A stretch of 63,453 nt of DNA, counting the filler, from Octopus bimaculoides (taxonomy: Eukaryota), in the NCBI RefSeq assembly GCF_001194135.2. It is 7 parts of 6 records of this genome, joined end to end, with 100 filler letters (N's around TTAATTAATTAA, not from the genome) between each part and the next. Parts side by side here need not be neighbours in the genome. Positions count along the whole stretch, not along the records: positions 20,283 to 35,403 come from NC_068996.1; positions 35,504 to 55,499 come from NC_069004.1; 5 more parts are not named here. One strand, 5' to 3'. Both the position numbers and the translations under genes were made by a program. Positions 26,066 through 38,200 of this stretch are shown piece by piece; positions within the stretch are counted from its first letter, which is position 1; each line of letters opens with the position of its first letter. Below the pieces are notes generated by a model, which saw nothing but the letters and a program-made list of their open reading frames with translations, did no database searches and had not been told where the DNA came from.

Positions 26066-27155
26066 TTAGTACAATGCCTTCGATGTGACAACAACTTGCT
26101 CCACTGGGATGCCTCAACAAAGCTCTTAATCCTCAGATGCTGATTACAAGTTAACCAACGGCTACCAGGCTGAATCATACAGGTTTTGTAAAGCAAAGCA
26201 TCACCAAAATAAAACTTATTCTATTATGTTGTTAATTATTCACACCTGCCTCTGTTCTACTGTTCCTAATATATATTTTTGTTGAAAGGTGATAGAAAGA
26301 GACTATAGTCTCAATGTTACTATCAACCTTTTACAATCTTTTTAGTGGTGTATTTTCAAATCTACTCTTAATTTAACAAACAACACTTTTATATTTTATT
26401 TTTTTATTCCATATCTCCTCTGTTTTGCTTTCACGAAAGCACTCAGGCCACTCTGTAAGGTGGTTGATGTTAAGAAGGGCTTCCCATTTGTAAAAAGCCT
26501 GCCAAAACAGACAGTGAAATCTGGTGCAGTCTTCTGCCTAGCCAGCCCCCTGTCAAACCATACAATCCATGCCAGCATGGAAAATGGACGTTAAATGACT
26601 GTNNNNNNNNNNNNNNNNNNNNNNNNNNNNNNNNNNNNNNNNNNNNNNNNNNNNNNNNNNNNNNNNNNNNNNNNNNNNNNNNNNNNNNNNNNNNNNNNNN
26701 NNNNNNNNNNNNNNNNNNNNNNNNNNNNNNNNNNNNNNNNNNNNNNNNNNNNNNNNNNNNNNNNNNNNNNNNNNNNNNNNNNNNNNNNNNNNNNNNNNNN
26801 NNNNNNNNNNNNNNNNNNNNNNNNNNNNNNNNNNNNNNNNNNNNNNNNNNNNNNNNNNNNNCAATGTGTGAAGGAGAATTTAATCTTTCAAGCATTAAAA
26901 AAGAGAATGGCCATACACTAGTGTTGAAATAATTCTAACTAAAAAAGAAAAAAAAAAATTTTACTTTGTCTGTACTTAAATTATTACCTTAACTAAAACA
27001 TGCACTTCTAATGAGAAGTGCATGTTTTAGTTAAGGTGTTAAATTTTGTTTAGTTAAGGTGTTAAATTTTATGTTATGGGCATTTTTTTAAAGAATATAT
27101 AAAATGCTTTATTTAATTATGTTTAACTTTCTCTTTCGTTCTTTGCTTTCTGCAG

Positions 27156-27269
27156 GTTCAAGAATTTAAATCTTCTTCTCAAACTGCTAACTTACCAACA
27201 ATACAGCCTAATGTAGTTGGAGCTCTTATATCATTTGACTTGCTTGTTCACATATTATATGAAGGGAAG
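27156..27269 (+). CDS. EIF2AK4: GCN2-like exon C (VQEFKSSSQTANLPTIQPNVVGALISFDLLVHILYEGK)
   Basis: Acceptor ctttgctttctgcag|, donor AAG|gtaatt, 114 nt, only this frame is open. VVGALISFDLL corresponds to class II aaRS motif 3 in GCN2 (AIGVSIAIDKI). Confidence 0.85.
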
Positions 27270-29415
27270 GTAATTATTTGATTCAATAATTTTACTTTAT
27301 GCTTGTTTACTTTTGTAAATATTTTAATGTTCCAATTTCAATTTTCACATTTTGAGAGTTTTTTTTTTGGTGGTGGGAGGGTGTTAGTTTTTGATTCAGC
27401 TGTAGAATAATGTTTGTTGTGTGAAGTAGGTCGGAGCAGCTAAAGTGATAATATTCTTCATTGATGAAGAAATTTATACTCCATATAAAGTATAGATTCA
27501 GTAAAAATATGTGGTATAGATGAAATTACATACAGCTGTGAAACATTGACTGTGAATTGTCTTGAAAGTAATCATCATCATCATTTAACATCTGTTTTCC
27601 ATGCTGGCATGGGTTGATTGGTTTGACAGGAGTTGGCCATCTGAAGAGCTGCCTAAGCTCCATGTCCATTTTGACATGATTTCTATGGCTGAATGCCCTT
27701 CCTAATGCCAACCACTTTTCCAGAGTGTATTCGGTGCTTTTACACAGCACTGGAACAGGTGCATCTATGCAGCACTGGTATAGGTGCTTTTTATGTGGCA
27801 CCAACACCCATGAGCCCACAAGATTAGGAATGCTCAGCTGAAGAGGGATGCAGGGGACAAGCCTGTATGCAAGGACAATCACATATTTACTCAGTTTGAT
27901 GTCTCCTCAAGTACAGTAAACCACTAGGAGTCTTAATCTCCTGTCATCCACTATGTGAGTCCCAACATCTATAGATCCTTTCTTACCACTTCGTCCCATG
28001 TTTTCCTGAGTCTACCCCTCCCAAATGTTCCCTCTACATTTAGAGATTGACACCGCTTGATACAACTCTTTATACACATTAATATATTAAATATATTATA
28101 TGTTAACCCTTAGGAGACAACAGGGCCAGTCTATGGACCAAAATGTTGAATGATGAAGAAGATTGTATTAGTTCATTCAATTTCCTACAAGAATATATAT
28201 AGTTTTATATATGTGAAGTAATTACTTTATTTCTTATAATTTATTTTGAAAAAATAAGTGTATGCCCCTCTGTAGGGCTTGTGAAAAGGGCTCTGTCTTC
28301 TTGGCTCTGTATTCAAGGGGTTAAATATTAAATATGAGGCTCCTTCTTCAAAGTGTTAAATATCAAATGCTCAATGTGAGCTTGAAAGATAAGGGTGTTG
28401 AGCTATTGCTTTTTGCTCTTATAACTGGTAAATGGAACCATCTCATATACATTTTGTATATTTGAAACCATATTCATTGGCAGGCAGACAGACCTTAATT
28501 CTTTAAAAATTTGCAGTCATTTGTCCAGGCAGGTGTTGTTGTGTAACAAGGATATAATAATACAATTAAAAAGTTTGTTTCATAATCATTTAGTCCTAAC
28601 TTTGGACTTTCTCCATAGCAACTTGGACAAGTGACTTCTAGTAATCAATAAGTTGGCCTCTTTCCTTATCACTGTCAATGTGTTGCTGAAAACTGTGCAG
28701 AAGTTTGTTCTGAGCAGGTTTGGTCATATGATGTGGACAGATGAAGACAGTTGCATTAAGAAGTGCCAATCACTTTAAATGGAAGGAAGTTGTGGAAGAG
28801 GGAGATCCAGGAAGGCATAGGATAAAGCACTGAAGACTGATCTCAAAACGCTGTGCCTTATGAAGGAGATGATATGGCATATTGCTGTACTGAAGAAAAC
28901 CCATCCACCTCAACAGAATTGATATCCTAGAACCACAGTGCCACATAAAAAGTACTGGTGCCATGTAAAAAGCACTGGTGATAGTGCACATAAAAAGCAA
29001 CCAGTATACTTTGTAGAGAGGTTGGTGTTAGGACTGGCATCCAGCTGTAGAAACCAAGACAAAACAAATTATTGAACCTGGTGCATCCCTTGACTTTGCC
29101 AACTCCTATTAAGCCATCCAACCCATGCCAGCATGGAAAATAGGCATTATCATGATGATAATGATGGTATGTCAAATCCATTATCCAACTTAAAGTCACC
29201 TCCTGGATCTTAATGGAGTCTACTAACGATACTCTGTCAGTCTCAGAGGTATTGCAGAAAGGCCATGATGGACAATGACCTTCCTCCTATTACAAAGCCT
29301 TAAATTTAGTTTCTGATATATTTTTCTGGTGGTTACTTTATAACTATTGCAAAGTCTCCTTTATAAAATGAAATAAATTTAGATAATTTTATTTTTGTTT
29401 ACCTGTCATCTAGAT

Positions 29416-29756
29416 CAGGGTTCTCAACCATTTTTTACCAATGGATCCCTTTGATTACTATTTTATTCTGGTGGACCTCCCCCCACTAACTATTCTATGT
29501 CTAAAAACTAGTTTTATAGAAACTTCTTTCAGAATTCCTACATTAACTTGTGTAGGTTGAACTATGTAAAATATTAGAGAAAGAACCCTGGCTATTTCTT
29601 GCAATACATACTAATACATACGCCTAAACCAAAAATTTTTTCATGGCCCTTAAAATACCATTGTGGATCCCCGATTTACTATTTTGTTGCATGGACCCTC
29701 CCAAAAATATTATATGGACCCTCAGGGGCTATATGGACCCTGGTTGAGAACCACTG
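29416..29756. mobile_element. hAT (Charlie-like) non-autonomous DNA transposon
   Basis: TIRs CAGGGTTCTCAACC / GGTTGAGAACCACTG and a perfect 8-bp TSD ATCTAGAT (29408-29415 and 29757-29764). Confidence 0.9.
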
Positions 29757-29850
29757 ATCTAGATTAACCAAATGGCAATTTTCCTTTAAAAATATCTTGT
29801 TCCACCTTTACTTTATCATTTTATTTTTCTCTTTCTTTTAACGTATGCAG

Positions 29851-29985
29851 TATGAAATACCAAATAAATCTGACTATTTAATATGTTCTATGGAAGAAAA
29901 AGTAAATCCAAAACAAAGATTCGAAAGAGCCTTAAAATATTGGGATAAGAACATATCTGGGACACTTTTATATGAGACCCAAGAG
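29851..29985 (+). CDS. EIF2AK4: GCN2-like exon D (YEIPNKSDYLICSMEEKVNPKQRFERALKYWDKNISGTLLYETQE), start of the anticodon-binding-like fold
   Basis: Acceptor ...aacgtatgcag|, GC donor GAG|gcaagt, 135 nt. Resembles GCN2 SCDLLVVSVG...QKLWTAGITAEIMYDWSQ. Confidence 0.85.
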
Positions 29986-30928
29986 GCAAGTGAATTTAAT
30001 TATTTTAGAAATTATAACCTTACTTTTGTTTGTTTCTCATTAACCCTGTAGCATTTAAACTGGCCATATTCTGCCCAAACATTGACATATTTTATGTTCA
30101 AACTAGCCAAATCCGGTCTCTTACACTTATCCTGCAATGTCGTTCTAAAAATATACAATCACCTCATCAAAATCTTAAAGCTACAATATAATACATGATT
30201 AATACAAAATAATCCTTTCTATTGAAAGCACAAGGCTCCAAATTTTGGGGAAAGGATTAAGTCGATTACATCAACCTCAATACATAACTGGTAATTATTT
30301 AATCGGCCCTGAAAGGATGAAAGGCAAAGTTGACCTTGGCAGGAATTAATACAAAATAATGTGAATAAAGGAGCATTGCATTCAACAGAATAATCTGAAT
30401 GGTTAACAGTTAAGTTTACTAAATGAAATAGAGCGACGTGACTTTGCTATACAAAATTATACAGAATCTTTGTGTTTCATTTATTATTATTTTTCAGTAT
30501 TGTTATTGTATTTTTCTATTGACGATCTATTCAATGTAGTGTGCGTGCTGTATTTTGCTTTGGTTTTATATTTTCTATTGTATTGAAAGTATTTTACATG
30601 ATATGTGTTGTGTCTAGTAGTATTAGTAATATGTTCTTTTGTATTTGTAATATATATATTTGTAAGTCCTGGGCTTTTGATTATGTATTTACTTGCATGC
30701 CTTTTTTTTTTGATAATTTCAAGAGCACCTATTATTATAGGAATTGTGTTTGTTTCTGGTTCCCATATTATGGTTATCTCTATTTCTAGATCTTTATATC
30801 TGGATAATTTCATTTAGAGATAACATTAGTATAAGCTTGAGCTGATTCATCGGTCATTATTAACAACACTATGACAGCAGCTTGTGCATATTCTGGGACA
30901 TACATTGCGTAATAAACTTAAAAGAATG

Positions 30929-31140
30929 CAAGCTGGCAGAAACGTTAGCACACTGGACAAAATGCTTAGCAGTATTTCGTCTGTTTTTACATTCTGTGTT
31001 CAAATTCTGCTGAGGTCGACTTTGCCTTTCATGCTTTTGGGGTCAATACATTAAGTACCAGTTTCGTACTGGGGTCGATTTAATTGACTGGCCCTCACTC
31101 CCCAAATATTTCGGGCCTTGTGCCTAGAGTAGAAAAGAAC
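30929..31140 (+). mobile_element. SINE family E (tRNA-like head agctggcagaaacgttagcac, tail ...gtgcctagagtagaaaag)
   Basis: Copies at 6000-6190-, 6830-6990-, 10150-10340-, 17050-17275-, 17290-17560-, 30214-30345-, 31545-31760+, 37610-37745-, 52920-53110-, 54450-54580-. Confidence 0.85.
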
Positions 31141-31154
31141 TTAANNNNNNNNNN

Positions 31155-31206
<52 letters not shown>

Positions 31207-31935
31207 ACACACATACACACACTCTAGGTTTCAGCTACCATATGTTGATTACTTCTGTAGCATATATAATTTCTCTTAGAACTCCATTACAAGAGTGCAA
31301 TATACTCAACATGCATAAACTTGGAAGTATTATGTCTGGTCTATCATTTAGAAAAAAAATGTAAGTATAAAATGTTAAGAATTTATGAACTTTCAAGAGT
31401 ATGTGAAATAATTCTTCTTTTTGAAACGTGGATCCCAAATCACAAAAAGCTAAAAATAACAGCATGTAAATATTGGATTGAAAAATACTATGAAGAGTCA
31501 TTAACTTTTCTATGTTTTCCTATGCTATTATTTATGACTTTATGCAAGGTGGTGAGCTGGCTGAATTGTTACTGCACCATACAAAATGCTTAGCAGCATC
31601 TCTTCTGGCTTTATGTTCTGAGTTCAAATTCCAACAAGGTCAACTTTGTCTTTTATTCTTTTGGGGTTGATGAAATAACTACCAGTCAAGCACTGGGGTC
31701 AGTGTATTCAACTTTCCCCCTTCCAAAAATTTCAGGCCTTATGCATACAATGGAAAGGATTAAAAAGAGATGTAAAAGTTTTTAATTAAAAGGAAAAAAA
31801 GAAGCTCTCTTAACATTTCAACCAGACACATTTAATTGTGTGTGCATGAGTGTTGAGTGCATTTTTGTGTATGTGATAACTCAGGGGTATTTTGTATAAG
31901 CTAAGTTATAAAATTTCTTATTTTCTTTCTTTTAG

Positions 31936-32019
31936 TCTTGGGAAAAAATAAAGAAAATTTGCGAGACTGAAGTCATATCGCATGCAGTTGTGATGAAGGA
32001 TTCCAGTGTAAAAACTTAT
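31936..32019 (+). CDS. EIF2AK4: GCN2-like exon E (SWEKIKKICETEVISHAVVMKDSSVKTY)
   Basis: Acceptor ttttctttcttttag|, donor TAT|gtaagt, 84 nt, phase 0/0. Resembles GCN2 SQEELQEYCRHHEITYVALVSDKEGSHVKV. Confidence 0.85.
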
Positions 32020-32579
32020 GTAAGTTATTTAGAAAGCATATCGTTTGTTTTATTTTTAACTTAAATGCTGGCCTATTGAACACATCATAATGAATCAAAA
32101 TTTCTCTTACTACCACTCATTTGTGCTTCTTCTTCTCAGATCTAGTTGGCTATTTGCTCCCTTGATTCAAGTCCACTCAACAAGTTTCTTTTCATTTCCT
32201 TCACTGTCACCATTTCCACATACATTAACCAATTCTTCAAAACCTTACTTGCCTGAATATTAATCCTCATTTCTCTGGTTAATTCACATTGCCCCGTGAG
32301 AAGCAGAGGGCGGTTTCCAAGTTTCCCAGGTGCATATATTTCTTCTTGTACAGGATGCCATTCCATCGCAAGATTTACTATAGCTAGATGCTCTTCCTAA
32401 TGCCAACCACTTCACAGAGTGTACTGAGTGGTCTTTATGTGGCACCAGCACAGGTGCACTTTATGTGACATTTGAGTGGGTGCCTTTTACATGGCACCGT
32501 ACACTTGCTTTTTTTACATGTGCAATAAAAATAAAAACTTTTCATTAAATATATAGGAAAATATAACTACATTTATCTT

Positions 32580-32960
32580 TTATCTGTTGTCTTTTACTTG
32601 TTTCAGTCATTAGACTGTGGCCATTCTGGGGCACCATCTTGAAGAATTTTTTGTTAAATGAATTGACTCCAATACTTTTTTTTTCTTTAAAGTCTGGTAC
32701 TTATTCTATCGATCTCTTTGCCAAATTGTTAAGTTATGGGGACATTAACACACCAACACCAGTTGTCAAATGGTGGTGGGACAAACACAAAGACACACAC
32801 ACACATACAGCAAGCTTCTTTCAGTTTCCATCTACCAAACCCATTCACAAGGCTTTGGTGAGCTTATATTTATAGTAGAAGACACTTGATCAAAGTGTCA
32901 CACAGTGGGACTGAACCTGGAACCATGTTGTTGGGAAGCAAGCTTCTTACCCACGCCTGC
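32580..32960 (-). mobile_element. SINE family A, antisense; another antisense copy at 33295-33730
   Basis: Sequence similarity to other family A copies. Confidence 0.85.
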
Positions 32961-34033
32961 ATCTAAAATATTAAGAGGTATTCTAATAATATTTTTTCAT
33001 CAACAAATTTATTTTTTTAAAGCAGAATCTCAGCTTGCTTCAGAAAACCACAATAGAAATCCATATGTGCTGTAGGTTTCACACCCTTACCCAAGACCTT
33101 ACACCCAAAATAAGCAAAAGAAATAACCACTAATACTCTATAATTGCTTGTATACTGTTCTTTCACTTTGTCTTTCCTATGGCTATTATGGCAATCTTTG
33201 TTATCAGCTAAACCTACTCAATGCAATTGTTTCTGCTTCTTTTTCTGATATTTCCATTACATTTTGCAGTAAACATTGCAAAAATTCATCATCCATCCTT
33301 CTTTTACTTGTTTCAGTCTTAGGACAGTAGCCTTGCTGGGGCACTCACTACTTTGAAGGGGTTTAGTTGAATGAATAGACCCCAATACTTATTTTTTTTA
33401 GGGTTGGTACTTATTCTGTTGGCTTCTTATGGTGAACTACTAAGTCATGGGGATGAAAACAAACCAACACTAGTTGCCAAGCAGCCATGGAAACAAGCAG
33501 AAGCATATGTGCATACATACACATTCACCCCCCACCCACATTTGCATATGCACACACATATGCATGTACAATGGGCTTCTTTAAGTTCCTGTCTACTAAA
33601 TCTATTCACAAGGCTTTGGTCAGCCTGGGGCTAAATTAGAAGATACTTCCTCAAGGTGTCATGCATCGGGGATAAACCCAGAACTATGTGGTTGGAGAGC
33701 AAACTTCTTACCACACAGCCAATCCTGTGCCTTTGTATGTCATGCTTTCTTAGCAGCCTTTAATGTAAAATTATTTCAAACTGAACATTAGTGACCACAC
33801 CCTAATTATCTCGATCTTCCCCTATTGGGAAGCACCGAAAAGCTCTGAGAAATTACACACCTTTTCTGAAAATAGATTTGTAAAATATGCGCAGCACATT
33901 CAAACATACATTTTGCAAATTATGTAGAATCAAATTCATTCTTTGTATTCTTACTACTTGTCAATGTATCTATCCACACATATACCCATTTATATAAAAT
34001 TTTTTGCTTCTCTATTTTTCTTATTACATATAG

Positions 34034-34089
34034 GACATGTTTGATAATACTCAAGGAAAATCACAAAGAAAGAAAAAGCAATCCAAAGG
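34034..34089 (+). CDS. Candidate further exon of the same gene (DMFDNTQGKSQRKKKQSKG)
   Basis: Long pyrimidine tract plus tatag| acceptor in phase 0, open frame, donor GG|gtttgt (moderate). Only loose similarity to GCN2 KSFEKERQTEKRV. Confidence 0.4.
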
Positions 34090-34189
34090 GTTTGTATCAA
34101 TATTTCCTTTCTCTCATGCATTCTCCACATTCAATGACCTTTCATAGCAACACTTCCATGCTTTTTTCTCTAAAGAATTACGAAGTTTA

Positions 34190-34720
34190 AGTGTACTATT
34201 ATGCATCCACATACACATATCACCACACTGTCTCTGATATCCAGTCTTGCAATCACGAAGACCTCATGCCTATAGTTCTCACATTGTTGGACATTTACAG
34301 ACCTCTTCTTTCCATGTCTTTCCTTGCTAAATATACCTGCCACCTAACTTCTCTTCTAGCTACCTGGTATAATGCCTTCTCATCAGATGCTTCAATTAGT
34401 ACTTCTCTAATTTTCTTATTGTTCAAGGATCTTTAGGCTTTGATAACTTCATTTTTCCAGACTGGTTTGCATTTCTGAATCCTTTTAGCTCTAAATCTGA
34501 AGTCCCCAGCCACCATCTTATGTTTGTAATTAATTTGGCTTGTGTCTCCACCAGATTGATAGATGATTAGGTGATTGGTTGGTTTCTTGAAGTTAGTGTT
34601 GCTGATCATTTGCTCATTTGCATCACATAATTCCAAGAGCTTTGTTCCCTCCTCATTTCTAGGACCAAAGTCATATTCTCTGGGTACACTAAGGAATCCA
34701 CAGAAAAAATTAATAAGTAA
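34190..34720 (-). mobile_element. Decayed RTE LINE, endonuclease-to-linker fragment
   Basis: FGPRNEEGTKLLELCDANEQMISNTNFKKP...SGG..SQINY resembles the APE domain of RTE elements, followed by LYQVARREVRWQVYLA. Confidence 0.8.
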
Positions 34721-35822
34721 ATACACTATGAAGAAGTATAATAAAATACAAAGTAAAAATCATAAAATAATAATAATAAAACAGCTACACGTGTTTCATA
34801 ACCAAATTTTCAAATAGAAAATACAATATAATCAAATCGATTAAATCGATCGAAAATCAATTCTATTAAAAAATATAGCTAATCTTAAGGTCAAAATACA
34901 ACAATAATAATAATAAAATGAATGTATATATCAATCAACAATACATAACAAATGAATGTATATAAAAATACTTATTATATCAAGATAGAAAAATGTTAAA
35001 CAATATTATTAAAAAGAAATTTAATACTAAACTTATCGAAAATTATAAACATGACATTATTAACTTTACGTTTATTAGAATATAAACTATCTGAAATATT
35101 AAATGCAAATCTTATCTTAATGAATCTTTCGTTTAAAATACAATTTAAATGAAGTTTTAGGTTAAACAAAAATTATAAACGTAATATAAATAACTTTAAT
35201 TTTAATATAAACTAACAAAAATTAATTTATATAAATCATTTGACTGCAGCCATGCTGGAGCACCACCTTTAGTTGAACAAATCAACCCCAGGACTTATTC
35301 TTTGTAAGCCTTGTGCTTATTCTATCGGTCTATTTTGCTGAACTAAGTTACGGGGACGTAAATATACCAACATCAGTTGTCAAGCGATGGTGGGGACAAA
35401 CACNNNNNNNNNNNNNNNNNNNNNNNNNNNNNNNNNNNNNNNNNNNNTTAATTAATTAANNNNNNNNNNNNNNNNNNNNNNNNNNNNNNNNNNNNNNNNN
35501 NNNCATCATCATCATTATATCATCATCATCATCATCATTATATAATCATCATCATCATCATCATCATCGTTTAACGTCCGCTTTCCATGCTAGCATGGGT
35601 TGGACGATTTGACTGAGGACTGGTGAAACCGGATGGCAACACCAGGCTCCAGTCTGATTTATATACACAAAATATGGGGGGTTTAGTTCACAGGTGATCG
35701 AAACGATTAGGTATGCTAGGTAAGTGCTGTAATAGATTACTAAGGCTCCAAGGTTATAGCCAAGACGGTAGTTATGGAGCCATTGAAGATTTCCGATATA
35801 GCGGATAAGTAATTGTCAAAGA

Positions 35823-36376
35823 GGACAACAAACGCTAAAGCAAGACAAACATCTCAAGTCATATACATTATTATTGTTGGAAAAAATTCGAAGTCTTACA
35901 GCTGTTTCTGGGATATCTCAAAGTACAGGTTATTCCATCATTGGAGACAAATAGGGAAAATGAGAAGAGTATAGATTAATGAAATGATGAAAAAGAGGAC
36001 AGGAGTAAAGGAATAAGGAGATAAAGAAAGAGACGAAAAACGAAACATAAAAGTTCATAGTTCAACTTTCTGATCATGTAGAAATAAGTCTGTTAGTCCT
36101 TAGGTGCAATCCTGTGTAAATCCATGGATAAAAGTTGAAATGTAAACTTTTATCCCTTTTTTTCTTCTCTTTGTTCATCCCCTTCTACTTTTACTCCTGA
36201 CCTCTATGCTGTCATTTCATTAATCTATACCCTTTTCATTTTCTCTATTCGTCTCCGATGACAGAATCTCCTATACTCTGGGATATCCCAGAAACAGCTG
36301 TAAGACTTAAAATTTTTTCCAACGATAATAATGTATATGACTTGAGATGTTTGCCTTGCCTTAACGTTTGTTGTCC
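35823..36376. repeat. Imperfect inverted repeat (about 255-bp arms) of a Penelope-like terminal sequence
   Basis: 35823-36078 is homologous to the reverse complement of about 36122-36376. Confidence 0.85.
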
Positions 36377-36765
36377 GCTTTAACAATTATACACACACAC
36401 ACACACATACACATATAAATATATATGCATGTATATATATATATATANNNNNNNNNNNNNNNNNNNNNNNNNNNNNNNNNNNNNNNNNNNNNNNNNNNNN
36501 NNNNNNNNNNNNNNNNNNNNNNNNNNNNNNNNNNNNNNNNNNNNNNNNNNNNNNNNNNNNNNNNNNNNNNNNNNNNNNNNNNNNNNNNNNNNNNNNNNNN
36601 NNNNNNNNNNNNNNNNNNNNNNNNNNNNNNNNNNNNNNNNNNNNNNNNNNNNNNNNNNNNNNNNNNNNNNNNNNNNNNNNNNNNNNNNNNNNNNNNNNNN
36701 NNNNNNNNNNNNNNNNNNNNNNNNNNNNNNNNNNNNNNNNNNNNNNNNNNNNNNNNNNNNNTGTG

Positions 36766-36804
<39 letters not shown>

Positions 36805-36813
36805 ATATGTATG

Positions 36814-36859
<46 letters not shown>

Positions 36860-37964
36860 CCCACATGGTGGGTCAAAAGTCATGCACAAAATATGTTCAA
36901 CATGAGCTGAACAAAATATGTTCAACAGGATTCAATTTTTCTGAAATTGAATAAAATAAGTAAAATAAAGGTGAATACAGACATACTTGTACAAGATGAA
37001 CAAAATGAATAATAATAATAACAACAACAACAACAACAACACTTATAATTATTATCATAACATTTCTGGGCTTCTGATCTTAATTGATTGGAAGTGTTAT
37101 CATGTACATTGTTTTGTCTTGGTATAAAAGATGGGCTACAGTAAATACCAGCAAACATTCTGCTTAATACCACAGACTTGCTTGACAGTTGTTTGACCTT
37201 AATCAGTTGAGCATGTTCTTTGGTGGCTGATGATATGTGCATCTCTGATCACAAGCAGAAGTAATGGGGGAGCATCATAGCCATGTTTTGAGAGGAATTC
37301 TTTGGGGTTTGGATAATTCACCTTTGGAAACATGGTTGTTTTGTTCATCATCCTTAAAATAAATCTTATTCAGGGATCACTTGAGTGGGATGGGCTACTT
37401 GACGTGAAGAAAATTCTAACTGGGCCCCACTTGCATGCACTATTTATCTTGATATGAGATCACCATGTTGCACACATGTGGTTGTGATGCATGTGCCTGA
37501 TGTACCCTTATTAGACGGGTAGTCATGATGGGTATGTTGGGCTTCGTATATTTGTACCCCAGCATCACTTTGATAGCATGCGCTGCTCTCTCACTCAGTA
37601 ACAATAATACTTTTTTACTAGAGACACAAGGCCTGAAATTTAGGGGAGGGGATTAGTTGATTACATTGACCCCAGTATTTCACTGGTACTTAATTTATCG
37701 ACCCCGAAAGGATGAAAGGCAAAGTCGACCCTGGCGGAATTTGAAGGAAAATAAGACAAGGTAGAAAATGCTAAAACAATTTTATCATGAAGAACATTTT
37801 AATACTGGTTTCAGTCTTTGTGACTTTTTCAACTTAAAATAAAACATGAAAAACAATTAAATTGTGGAAAAATTAAATGAAATGTCTCTTTTTTACTCTA
37901 TATATATAGAGAGAGAGAAAGAGAGGGGGGAGAAAGAGAGAGAGGGAGGGAGGGAGAGAGAGAG

Positions 37965-38200
37965 AGATGAATGTGTTGGTATAGTCATGTAGTGCAAACG
38001 GACAAGGACAGCTGTGCAAAAGAGTGCCGATCTCTAACTGGAGGGAACCTGTGGAAGAGGTAGACCCAGGAAGACATGGGACAAAGTGGAGAAGCATGAT
38101 CTTTGAATGTTGGGCCTGACAGAGGTGATGACAAGTGTCCAAGACCTTTGGCAATATGCTGCACATGAGCAGACTTGTCAAGCTAAGTGAAATCATAGTC
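37965..38200 (+). mobile_element. RTE LINE 3' fragment; similar fragments at 28680-28930(+) and 27830-28060(-)
   Basis: Degenerate EGTCGRGRPRKTWD motif directly joined to family C sequence. Confidence 0.75.
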
